A stretch of DNA of 64,000 bases, taken from NCBI GenBank assembly GCA_044226625.1, contig JBGAGQ010000013.1, positions 53,288 to 117,287 on the forward strand. Reading direction: 5' to 3'. Positions within the stretch are counted from its first letter, which is position 1, and every line of letters starts with the position of its first letter. This DNA comes from Thermoanaerobaculia bacterium. Its GTDB lineage: Bacteria > Acidobacteriota > Thermoanaerobaculia > Multivoradales > UBA5704. Of the stretch, positions 53,087-62,013 are shown piece after piece. Below the pieces are notes generated by a model. It ran no database searches, was not told the origin of the DNA, and saw only the letters and a list, made by a program, of their open reading frames with translations. The position numbers and the translations under genes are program-made.

Positions 53087-53709
53087 GGCGGCCCGCCCAG
53101 CTCCGTGGCGAGGAAGGCTTTCGCCGCGGTCCATTCGCGCCAGGCCGCCGCGGGGGAGATCGCGAGCGTTTCGGCCACCTCTTCGAGCGTCAGGCCGACG
53201 AAGAATCGAAGCTCGACCAGCGTGACCATCCGGGGGTCGATCGCGCCGAGCCGTTCGAGCGCCTCATGGACCGCGATCACCCGGTCCGCGTGCTCGCTTT
53301 CCGCTTGGCCCGCCGCCCCGTTCGCCGCCGGGGCTGCTACCGTATCGACGTCGTCGAGCGCCAGATGCCGCGCCCCGGCGCTCCGTTTTTGCGCTCCGCG
53401 CTCGCGCGCCCGATCGACCAGGATGAACCGCATCGCCTGCGCGGCGACGGCGAAGAAATGAGAGCGCGATTGGAACGGAACGCGAGAGCCGTCCACCAGC
53501 CGCAGGTAGGCCTCGTGGACGAGGGAGGTCGTTTCCAGGGTCTCCGCCGGGCCTTCGCCGCGCAGCCGCCGCGAGGCGATCCGGCGCAGCTCCGCATAGA
53601 CCAGAGGCACCAGGCGGTCGAAGGCGCGGCGATCTCCCTCGCCAAAGGCCGCCAGGAGCTCGGTCACTCCGTCTTTTCCAACCGGACCCGGCTCTTCCCC
53701 GGAAGGCAC
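53083..53709 (-). CDS. ECF sigma factor, TIGR02999/ECF43-like (kinase-associated)
   Basis: LVPLVYAELRRIA, TLETTSLVHEAYLRL, HFFAVAAQAMR and VELRFFVGLT. Confidence 0.9.
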
Positions 53710-53748
53710 GCGGAGATTCTAAACTTGCCTCAGGCTTTCCGATCTACG

Positions 53749-54096
53749 TCAGGCCGCCGCGGACCCTTGGGATTCGATGAGCTTTAAGCAAAGGGAATGC
53801 ATGGCGGCCAACTCTCGCTGGTATTCCTGATGCGCCTCTTCTGCCGGCAAGGTGTCAAACAGGTCCGGCAGCTGGACTCCGCGGCTCATGACCTCGTCGG
53901 CGTCCTCATGTCGCAGGCGCTCCCGGACGAAGAGGCAGTTGTCGGCGTGGAACAGAATGCGGATCGAGTCGCTGGCCCGGATTGCTCCGCTTACGAGCGA
54001 CTCGATGGCGCCTAGAGAGAGAAGGGCAAACCAGACGACCTTCTGCCGTGGGTCGGCGGTTTGGGAAAGCAGGCTCTCGAGGTCGATCGCTTTCAT
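53749..54096 (-). CDS. Small helical protein, DUF3969-like, possible immunity protein or antitoxin
   Basis: LGAIESL...ILF...GVQLPDL pattern, recalled similarity only. ATGA coupling with the extended upstream frame. Confidence 0.55.
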   Translation of the reverse strand: MKAIDLESLLSQTADPRQKVVWFALLSLGAIESLVSGAIRASDSIRILFHADNCLFVRERLRHEDADEVMSRGVQLPDLFDTLPAEEAHQEYQRELAAMHSLCLKLIESQGSAAA

Positions 54097-54338
54097 TTGG
54101 CGCTCTCGCGCGGGAAGAATTTCACTCCCGCAACCTGTCAAGACTCGTGCTCGAAATAGTGGATTTCTCCGAGATTGCCCTGCTTGATCACCTTCTGCCA
54201 ATTTCCGGGCAGTAGCTCACGAAGGTAAAGGCGAACGACCGAGTTGCGCACCGGGTATTTCAGGGCGCGAAGCGTTGCGTTCCAGCCCGAGGGTACCGAA
54301 CCTGAGGCAAGGACGTTCGGATACAGGTGTAGCGGCAT
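54093..54338 (-). pseudogene. Toxin-like small gene interrupted by an in-frame TGA at 54138-54140
   Basis: The frame reads IHYFEHES*QVAGVKFFPRESAK* and the second stop overlaps the next ATG. Confidence 0.55.
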
Positions 54339-54485
54339 GTCATCTTCGTCCAGCCATCGATCCCTGTTTCAGTTGACCGGCTTGGACCCCTCGATACGTA
54401 AAAAAGCTTAGCACGGTGGCAGGATGGAGGCTGTCGGGAGGCCCTCCGCGTCCCGCCGCTCCCTCCAGGCTAGAATGCCCCTTCC

Positions 54486-55505
54486 ATGTTGAGCGGAAAA
54501 CTCGTCTCCGGCGATCTGAGCAGCGAAGACCTGGGCGTCGAGGCGACGCTCCGGCCGCAGCGGCTGGAGGAGTACGTCGGCCAGGCGAAGATTCTCGACA
54601 ACCTTCGGGTCTTCATCCGCGCCGCGCGGGGCCGGGGAGAGTCGCTCGACCACGTGCTGCTGTTCGGCCCTCCGGGTCTCGGCAAGACGACGCTCGCGCA
54701 CATCATCGCGACCGAGATGGGGGCGCCGCTGCGGACGACCTCCGGCCCGGTCCTCGAACGCGCGGGCGACCTCGCGGCGATCCTCACGAACCTCGAAGCG
54801 GGGGAGGTCCTGTTCGTCGACGAGATCCACCGCCTGGGGCCCACGGTCGAGGAGATCCTCTATCCGGCGCTCGAGGACTACAACCTCGACCTCGTGATCG
54901 GCCAGGGACCGGCCGCCCGGACGGTGAAGATCGACCTGCCGCGCTTCACCCTGGTGGGCGCCACCACGCGCGCCGGGATGATCAGCTCTCCGCTGCGCGC
55001 CCGGTTCGGCATCGTCCACCGGCTCGACTTCTACCGGCCGGAGGAGCTGGCGCAGATCATCCACCGCTCCGCCCGCCTGCTCAACATCCCGATCGACGAC
55101 GACGGGGCCGCCGAGATCGCGCGGCGCAGCCGCGGCACCCCGCGCGTCGCGAACCGTCTGCTCCGCCGCGTGCGCGATTTCGCTGAGGTCCTGGGCGGCG
55201 GGTCGATCGATCGCGAGGTGGCGCACAAGGCGCTCACCCTGCTCGAGGTGGACCGCTACGGGTTCGACGACCTCGACCGCAAGATCCTCCACACGCTGAT
55301 CGAGCACTACGACGGCGGACCGGCCGGCCTGAAAGCGCTCGCCGCCGCGGTCGGCGAGGACTCCGGAACGATCGAGGATTTCTACGAGCCCTACCTGATC
55401 CAGGAAGGCTTCCTCCAGCGCACCCCCCGCGGCCGCGTGGCCACCCGCCGCGCCTACGAGCACCTCGGCTACGCGGCGCCCCCGGGCGAACGGCTGCTGT
55501 TCTAG
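54486..55505 (+). CDS. ruvB: Holliday junction helicase RuvB
   Basis: [46 protein letters not shown] and RTPRGR. Confidence 0.98.
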   Translation: MLSGKLVSGDLSSEDLGVEATLRPQRLEEYVGQAKILDNLRVFIRAARGRGESLDHVLLFGPPGLGKTTLAHIIATEMGAPLRTTSGPVLERAGDLAAILTNLEAGEVLFVDEIHRLGPTVEEILYPALEDYNLDLVIGQGPAARTVKIDLPRFTLVGATTRAGMISSPLRARFGIVHRLDFYRPEELAQIIHRSARLLNIPIDDDGAAEIARRSRGTPRVANRLLRRVRDFAEVLGGGSIDREVAHKALTLLEVDRYGFDDLDRKILHTLIEHYDGGPAGLKALAAAVGEDSGTIEDFYEPYLIQEGFLQRTPRGRVATRRAYEHLGYAAPPGERLLF

Positions 55506-55577
55506 GGCGGCTGGCTTCCGCGCCTCGAAGCTCCCTCCGATTCGTAGAATCCAGAGCGAATCGGCGGACCCAAAAAC

Positions 55578-56465
55578 GTGCGCCCCGCGAGCCTGATCTA
55601 CAACCCCGCCGCCGGCCGGCATCGGCTCAAGGAGCGAGTCCCCGCGCTCCTTGCCGCCCTTCGCGAATCGGGCTTTGCCGCCGAGGCGCTTCCGACCGCC
55701 GGGCCGGGCGACGCCACCCGCCTCGCCCACGAGCGCGCGGCGGCGGGGGACGAGGCGGTCTTCGCCTTCGGCGGAGACGGAACGATCCGCGAAGCCGCGG
55801 CCGGTTTGATCGGGGGCGAGACGGCGCTGGGCATCCTCCCCGGCGGTACGACGAACGTGCTCGCCCGGGCGCTCCTCCTGCCGCTCGATCCGCTCGCCGT
55901 CGCGCGAGCCGCGGGGGGCTACCGAACGCTGCCGCTCGACGTCGGGATCTGCGACTCCGGCCAAGGGAGATTCCCGTTCCTCATGATGGTCTCCTGCGGT
56001 CTCGACGGCTGGCTTCTCGAAACGCTCGACCCCTGGATGAAGCGCCGCCTCGGCCGAATCGGAATCGGACTCCAGGCGCTCTCCGCCTGGTGGCGCTACG
56101 GCTACCCCGACGTTGAGGTCGAAGCGGTAGGAAAGCGCTACACCGCCTCGCTCGTTGCCGCCTGCAACATCCACCTCTACGGCGGCACCTACCGCCTCGC
56201 ACCATCCGCCCGCCCCGACGACGGCCGGCTGGAGCTGGTCCTCTTCGAAGGCAAGACCCGCGCGGCGACGCTAGCCTTCGCCCTAGCGCTTGCCCTGGGC
56301 AAGCACGTGACCCGCCGCGACGTGAAGATCCTCCCCGTCGAGGGAGAGATTCACATCCGCCTCCCCGAAGGCACTTGCGCCCAAATCGATGGTGACGCCT
56401 TTGCGGGTTGTCGGGAGCTGATCCTCTCGGTCGCGGCGGACAAGCTTCGGGTGCTCGGGCCGTAG
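55578..56465 (+). CDS. Diacylglycerol/lipid kinase family (YegS/DagK-like)
   Basis: IYNPAAG, GGDGT, LPGGTTNVLA and QIDGD. Confidence 0.92.
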   Translation: MRPASLIYNPAAGRHRLKERVPALLAALRESGFAAEALPTAGPGDATRLAHERAAAGDEAVFAFGGDGTIREAAAGLIGGETALGILPGGTTNVLARALLLPLDPLAVARAAGGYRTLPLDVGICDSGQGRFPFLMMVSCGLDGWLLETLDPWMKRRLGRIGIGLQALSAWWRYGYPDVEVEAVGKRYTASLVAACNIHLYGGTYRLAPSARPDDGRLELVLFEGKTRAATLAFALALALGKHVTRRDVKILPVEGEIHIRLPEGTCAQIDGDAFAGCRELILSVAADKLRVLGP

Positions 56466-56488
56466 AGCCTCGGATTTAAGTCCTACTC

Positions 56489-56517
56489 TTGACGGAGAGG
56501 ACAATCGTCTATACGTT
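56489..56517 (+). promoter_or_regulatory. Sigma70-like promoter of brnTA (probably leaderless)
   Basis: TTGACG-N17-TACGTT ending 7 bp before GTG 56525. Confidence 0.55.
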
Positions 56518-56524
56518 GGCTCTT

Positions 56525-56803
56525 GTGAAGATCGAGTGGGACCCGCTCAAAGCCGAAGCAAATCTCAAACGCCACGGGGTCCGATTTTCGGAGGCGGTGG
56601 CGGTCCTCGGCGATGAGTTCGCGATTTCTCGGGAAGACCCCGACGCCATCGGTGAGCAACGACTTGTAACCCTGGGGCTGAGCGCGGACGGCATCCTTCT
56701 CGTGGTGGTTTCAACAGACCGTGAGCCCGACACCGTCCGAATTATCTCGGCTTGGAGGGCAAACCAGCGACAGAGGCTCGAATATGAAAAAGGTCGATGC
56801 TGA
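56525..56803 (+). CDS. brnT: BrnT-family toxin
   Basis: EWDPLKAEANLKRHGVRF, EQR and RIISAWRA. Confidence 0.88.
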   Translation: MKIEWDPLKAEANLKRHGVRFSEAVAVLGDEFAISREDPDAIGEQRLVTLGLSADGILLVVVSTDREPDTVRIISAWRANQRQRLEYEKGRC

Positions 56804-57122
56804 ACCCTATCGAGATATCGACTTTTCGACCGGCACCCGCGGGCCCGTGATTGCTCTCGATCCGGGGAAGACCAAGATCTCGATCCGCCTGGATAACCGG
56901 GTTCTGGAGCATTTCCGTGGGCTCGTCGAACAGGCTGGGGGAGGGAACTACCAGACCCTGATCAACGACGCCCTCGTGGATTACCTACGCCAGAGCTCCA
57001 TGCTCGATGCGGTGCGCCAAGTTTTCCGCGAGGAGATCTCCGGAGGCAAACCTAGGCAATCTGCGCGGCGCCGCGCGACCAACGCCGCGGGCCGAAAGGC
57101 GTCGGCCACCAGGCTCGGATAA
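56784..57122 (+). CDS. brnA: BrnA-family antitoxin
   Basis: KTKISIRLDNRVLEHFR...NYQTLINDAL; overlaps brnT. Confidence 0.88.
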   Translation: MKKVDAEPYRDIDFSTGTRGPVIALDPGKTKISIRLDNRVLEHFRGLVEQAGGGNYQTLINDALVDYLRQSSMLDAVRQVFREEISGGKPRQSARRRATNAAGRKASATRLG

Positions 57123-57196
57123 ACACCTCCTTCTAGCAGACCAGCTGTGCTGGGCGCAGTGTACAATCCAGGTGCGAACACAATCGCGAGCACAAA

Positions 57197-57688
57197 ATGA
57201 CCCGGGACGAGTACGAAGAGCGTAAACGCCGGATCGAAGCGCACCACCGGTTCAGCCAGGAGCTGATCGATGCCGCGCGGCTCCAGGAGCTTCGCGCGTT
57301 GGAGCTGGTCTGGATGACGACGGCCGAAGGGCCGTTCGGTCAAATCCTTCCGGCGATGCCGTCGGAGCAGGGAAGCGAGCTTCCGGCGTCTCTGTCCGTC
57401 CCCGTCCAACCGGCGATTCCGTCCCTTCCGCCGAAGCGCTCCCTTGGGGAAATGCTTGAGGAGGTGGAAGTTCTGCTTCCGGACCTTCCGGAACCGTTCG
57501 ACCGGAACGACGTTTGTCGTGCCCTCGGCTACGAAGCGGATCGCGGGACGTTGTACCGGGTGCTCGAACGCCTCTTGGAGGAGAGGCGCATCAAGATCGT
57601 GGTCCACGGCGAAGGACGGTCGCCTTCGCAGTACCAACGATTCGAGCGCGAAGGCGCGCCAGTCGGCGAATCGATCCGGGAACCGTAA
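57197..57688 (+). CDS. Hypothetical protein with possible C-terminal winged helix
   Basis: Charged N-terminal helix, Pro-rich linker, DRGTLYRVLERL...IKIVVHGEGR. Confidence 0.65.
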   Translation: MTRDEYEERKRRIEAHHRFSQELIDAARLQELRALELVWMTTAEGPFGQILPAMPSEQGSELPASLSVPVQPAIPSLPPKRSLGEMLEEVEVLLPDLPEPFDRNDVCRALGYEADRGTLYRVLERLLEERRIKIVVHGEGRSPSQYQRFEREGAPVGESIREP

Positions 57689-57689
57689 C

Positions 57690-58142
57690 CGCGAGCCCGA
57701 GAGGCTCTCCGCGGAAAGCAAGAACCGGTGCACCGAGCACAAAACCCGGTGACAAAGCACTGTGCAGTGGTGCGCGGGGACAATGCACCGGTGCACGAGT
57801 GCTATGCACGAGTGTTCCGAACAAAAACACCTGTTCTCCGAACGCGAACATCACTCCTCCGAGCACGAACAGCGGTCCCCGAGTACGACTAACGCTTGAC
57901 CAGCATCGTAACGGTGCTCCTTGAACGAAATGTGCCGGTTCACGGTGCACGCGCTCGGGTGTTTTGTGTTCGGCGAGGAGTTTTTTGTTCGCGGGAAGGG
58001 GTGCGTAGTGACTTTGTACTTGTGCTTTGTGTTTGCGCACTGGTGCACAGTGCTCGGGTCGTGGTGTTGTGTTCGCTGGGGCTGCTGCGCCGCTCCTGAA
58101 TACCGTACCGGTGTGCTCGGGGGAGAGGCGCTGGGGTTCGCG
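57690..58142. repeat. Degenerate ~200-bp inverted repeat pair with 21-bp periodicity
   Basis: CCGARC units at 57733, 57817, 57838 and 57859. The left arm aligns to the reverse complement of about 57935-58142. Confidence 0.6.
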
Positions 58143-58312
58143 AACCGCTGCTGGCCGAAGATCGGCTGCTATCCTGGGTTCGGACGCCGGTGTTGTTCCG
58201 GACGACCGCGCGGCACAAAGCTCGACGAGTTTGGGAGGGACGTGCGTAACCCTGCCGAAGGCGTCCGCTGGCGGGGTTCGGCTGATCTTCAGTCCTCCAC
58301 TCCTTGGGGCAT

Positions 58313-58855
58313 CTATGGAATCCTTGGGCTGGCCTCGGGTTCGAGTTTGGCCATTACGCGAGTTGGAACTCCCTCTTTCACGAGCAAATGTCGGCTCCAT
58401 TTGACGAATCCTGGTCCAACAACTTCTAGAAGGTGGTCCCCTGGAGGGACTCCGTAATTCGGGAGAGGTGTGCTGCCCACGAACGAACCATCGAGATGCA
58501 CTTCCGCCCCGTCAGGCTCAGACTCGACCGACACAGGAACCAGTTCTTCCTTCGTTAGCGGCTCAGTGGGCTCAACACAACTGAACTCGACCTCAGCTCG
58601 GGGAAAGTTTCCGAGCAGGTAGGGCGGTTTCGTCTCAGTGGTACGCACCACCGAAAGGCCCTTTCTCTGGCCCGCGCAGTAACGCCTTGCCTCTTCCAGC
58701 GCATCTGCCTTGAGCGTGCCCAGGCCTGAAAATCCCGTGGCTGCCTGCCTAGAAACCATGAAGGTATTTGGCGCAACGGGTTGAACTCCGGAGTTCGATG
58801 CACATCCCGAAAGGCTGAGGCCTGTGAAAAGGAACAGTGAGAGGTGTCGTTTCAT
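58313..58855 (-). CDS. Lipoprotein with C-terminal PEGA domain
   Basis: Lipobox LSGC; SVESEPDGAEVHLDGSFVGSTPL; lower GC. Confidence 0.82.
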   Translation of the reverse strand: MKRHLSLFLFTGLSLSGCASNSGVQPVAPNTFMVSRQAATGFSGLGTLKADALEEARRYCAGQRKGLSVVRTTETKPPYLLGNFPRAEVEFSCVEPTEPLTKEELVPVSVESEPDGAEVHLDGSFVGSTPLPNYGVPPGDHLLEVVGPGFVKWSRHLLVKEGVPTRVMAKLEPEASPRIP

Positions 58856-58870
58856 GGCCAATCCGGGTCG

Positions 58871-59608
58871 TCAGTGAGGCGCAAAAACTCTCGCCTTGAT
58901 TTTCTCTGCCATTCGATCCGCCAGGCGTACCGTCTGGCGTTCAAAGTTGACTGTCCAGGCGAACCCGACCTTCTCAGACCAGAGCCTTTGGCCCTGTTCG
59001 TCGATGAAGTCCACTTCCATCGTGTCGTGATTTAGATCGGGTGTCATATTGACGACAACGAGGTTCAGGCCCGAGAGAGCGCTCGTTTCGGAATAGGTTC
59101 CATCAAAGACTTGGAGCGATCCGAGCAGAATCCTAATTCGATCGCAGGCCATCCGGTCCCATCCGTCGTCGGACATCGGAACTAGCAGAGTTGAACCGAC
59201 GGGATACCTTCTGGTTGGGTAGAGCTTGAGAAGCTCATCGGTGGCGACTCTGAGAATCGTCTCGCGTGCCTCTCCTTCAACCTTTTCTGCCGATTGGATC
59301 AGGAGCACGACGCGATCCATTGCGGCGGCCTTGGCGGCTTGCTGTGTTTGGGTTCTCAAGAGGTCGGCCTGTGCGTGCATCGCATCCGCGATGGCTCGAT
59401 TGCGCTGAATAGAGCTGGCGTCAGCGGCTGTTTCAAGGAGTACCTGGGCAAAGGACTTCTGAGGGTAGAGGGTCTGCTGCCCCGAACAGCTGACCGTGCC
59501 GCTGATTGGGTCGGCGCGACATTGGGTTGTGCCCACCGAATAAACCTGACTAGCCGTGGGGCCTGCGATCAGCGCAAGGAATCCAAACGACAGAAGGCGA
59601 GAATTCAT
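58871..59608 (-). CDS. Secreted hypothetical protein
   Basis: GGAGG RBS, signal peptide, lower GC than the flanks. Confidence 0.72.
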   Translation of the reverse strand: MNSRLLSFGFLALIAGPTASQVYSVGTTQCRADPISGTVSCSGQQTLYPQKSFAQVLLETAADASSIQRNRAIADAMHAQADLLRTQTQQAAKAAAMDRVVLLIQSAEKVEGEARETILRVATDELLKLYPTRRYPVGSTLLVPMSDDGWDRMACDRIRILLGSLQVFDGTYSETSALSGLNLVVVNMTPDLNHDTMEVDFIDEQGQRLWSEKVGFAWTVNFERQTVRLADRMAEKIKARVFAPH

Positions 59609-59855
59609 CGGGGTTCCTCCCTTCTTGCGGCTCAACGATTTCTACCGCCAACGGAACTCGCGTGAACAGTGAATTCAGCGCTATCGAGCGCCCCAGGAGA
59701 ACTTGTCGGCCGCCCAGGGTCTCGCCCATTTGGTGAAAAGCTCTTGCAACGATATGCCCGCCGCGCCACGTGGCGCAACTTCCTTTGCTCGAACGTAGGA
59801 CGCCTCCGACATCGTGGGAGGTTCCCCACCCCCTATGACAAACTCCCCATCAACC

Positions 59856-61976
59856 ATGCCCTCAGACATTCGCCCGGACCGGCCTCTCGATCCTCTGTTC
59901 TCTCCTCGTTCGATCGCGGTGATCGGCGCTTCGCGCCGGCGCGATTCGATCGGGTATTCGCTGCTCCACAACCTGGTCGTGAACGAGTTCGCGGGCGCGA
60001 TCTTCCCGGTGAATCCGCTCGCCAAGGCGATCCATTCGCTGCGCTGTTATCCGACGATCGACGCGATCCCCGATCCGGTCGACCTCGCCGTGATCGTGGT
60101 GCCGAAGGAGGCCGTGGGCGGCGCGGTCGACGAGTGCCTCAAACACGGCGTGAAGGGGTTGGTGGTGATCACCGCCGGATTTGCCGAGACGGGCGCCGAG
60201 GGAGCCGAGCGCGAGCGGGCGTTGCGCGAGAAGGTGCGCGAGGCGGGCGTTCGGATGATCGGTCCGAACTGCATGGGGATCATCAACACCGATCCCAAGG
60301 TGAGCCTGAACGCAACGTTCGCCCCGACCCCCGCGCGGAAGGGGTCGATCGGCTTCGTGTCGCAGTCCGGCGCGCTCGGGGTGGCGATCCTGAACGTCGC
60401 GGGCGACCTGGGGATCGGCCTCACGCAATTCGCCTCGATGGGCAACAAGGCGGACGTGTCGGGCAACGACCTGATCGAGCACTGGGAGGGCGACCCGGAG
60501 ACCCGCGTGATCGCGATGTACCTCGAATCGTTCGGCAACCCGCGACGATTCGCGGAGATCGCGAAGCGCGTCTCGCGGAAGAAGCCGATCCTGGTGGTCA
60601 AATCGGGCCGCACCGCGGCGGGCGCGCGGGCGGCCAGCTCGCACACCGGGGCGATCGCCGGGGCGGACGTGGCGGTCTCGGCGATCCTCGACCAGTCGGG
60701 GGTCCTGCGCGCCGACACGATCGAGCAGCTGTTCGACGTTGCCCGAGCGCTCGACGCCTGCCCGCTGCCGGAAGGGAACCGGGTGGCGATCCTCACCAAC
60801 GCGGGCGGACCGGGGATCATGGCGACCGACGCCTGCGTGAACCTCGGACTCGAGATCGCCGAGCTCTCCGCCGCGACGAAAGATCACCTCCGCTCGTTCC
60901 TGCCGGCCGAAGCGAGCGTCGCGAACCCGGTCGACATGATCGCCTCGGCGAACGCCGAGCAGTACGGCCGCTCGCTCTCGGCGATCCTCGACGATCCGCA
61001 CGTGGACATGGCGATCGCGATCAACGTGACCCCTCTCCTTTCGAGCCCGATCGACGTGCTCGAGGCGATCGACGGCGCGGCGCGCGAGAGGCACAAGCCG
61101 GTGCTCGCGGTGATGATGGCGACCGACGAGTTCTACGAGACGATCAAGCTCCGCCCGGGGCTGCCGCCGGTCTATCGCTTTCCGGAATCGGCCGCCGGGG
61201 CGCTGCAGCAGCTCTCCCGCTACGCCGCCTGGCGCCGCCGGCCGGACGAGCCGCTGCCGGCGCCGTTTCCGGTCGACGACGCGGCGATCGCGGCGATCCT
61301 CGCCCGCACCGGCTCGGGATACCTGCCGCCGGGCGACGCCTTCCGGGTGCTCGACCTCTACGGCATTCCGGTCGCCCGCTACGAGGTCGCCGCCACGCGG
61401 GAAGAGGCGTTGCTCGCCGCGCGGCGGATCGGCTATCCGGTGGTGGCGAAGGCGATCGCGGTCGACCTGATCCACAAGAGTGAAGCGGGCGCGATCCGGC
61501 TCGACGTGCGCGATCCCGTGCAGCTTTCGGACGCGCTGACCGCCATGGAGGCGCGAATTCAGGCGAGCGGCGGCAAGATCGAAGGCTTTCTGATCCAAGA
61601 GATGGCGAGCGGCGGACGGGAGATCATCTTCGGCCTCTCGTCCGAGCCGAAGGTCGGACCGGTGCTGATGTTCGGCCTGGGGGGCAAGTACGTCGAGGTG
61701 TTCCGCGACGTGCGCTTCGGCGTCCCGCCGCTCACCTCTTTCGAGGCGCGCGAGGTGATCCGCGGAATTCGCGGGTTCCCGCTGCTCGCCGGGGTCCGCG
61801 GCGATGCGCCGGCCGACCTCGAAACGCTCGAAGAGGTCCTGCTCCGCCTCGCCCAGCTCGCCGAGCGGCACCCGACGATCCGCGAGCTCGACGTGAATCC
61901 GTTCCTCGCGGGAACCGACCGCGCGGGATCGAAGGCGTTGGACGTGCGGATTCGGGTGGAGGTGGAGGGGGCGTGA
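59856..61976 (+). CDS. ADP-forming acyl-CoA/acetate-CoA ligase, fused alpha/beta
   Basis: SIAVIGAS, GPNCMG, SQSGA, SSHTGA catalytic His, TNAGGPG, NPVD and ATP-grasp HKSE. Start could be 59835. Confidence 0.92.
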   Translation: MPSDIRPDRPLDPLFSPRSIAVIGASRRRDSIGYSLLHNLVVNEFAGAIFPVNPLAKAIHSLRCYPTIDAIPDPVDLAVIVVPKEAVGGAVDECLKHGVKGLVVITAGFAETGAEGAERERALREKVREAGVRMIGPNCMGIINTDPKVSLNATFAPTPARKGSIGFVSQSGALGVAILNVAGDLGIGLTQFASMGNKADVSGNDLIEHWEGDPETRVIAMYLESFGNPRRFAEIAKRVSRKKPILVVKSGRTAAGARAASSHTGAIAGADVAVSAILDQSGVLRADTIEQLFDVARALDACPLPEGNRVAILTNAGGPGIMATDACVNLGLEIAELSAATKDHLRSFLPAEASVANPVDMIASANAEQYGRSLSAILDDPHVDMAIAINVTPLLSSPIDVLEAIDGAARERHKPVLAVMMATDEFYETIKLRPGLPPVYRFPESAAGALQQLSRYAAWRRRPDEPLPAPFPVDDAAIAAILARTGSGYLPPGDAFRVLDLYGIPVARYEVAATREEALLAARRIGYPVVAKAIAVDLIHKSEAGAIRLDVRDPVQLSDALTAMEARIQASGGKIEGFLIQEMASGGREIIFGLSSEPKVGPVLMFGLGGKYVEVFRDVRFGVPPLTSFEAREVIRGIRGFPLLAGVRGDAPADLETLEEVLLRLAQLAERHPTIRELDVNPFLAGTDRAGSKALDVRIRVEVEGA

Positions 61977-62013
61977 TAAGGGCTCGAGGAAGGGCTCGGA
62001 ACGCGTAGGGCGC

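Noticed and set aside
54138-54140. TGA as selenocysteine
   Set aside because: No redox motif or evident SECIS; a Gly codon mutation is simpler.
54486-55505. ruvB without ruvA/ruvC, and E1 without E2/E3
   Set aside because: Split operons are common; the partners probably lie elsewhere in the genome.
57690-58142. Possible CRISPR array
   Set aside because: No identical repeats with unique spacers and no cas genes.
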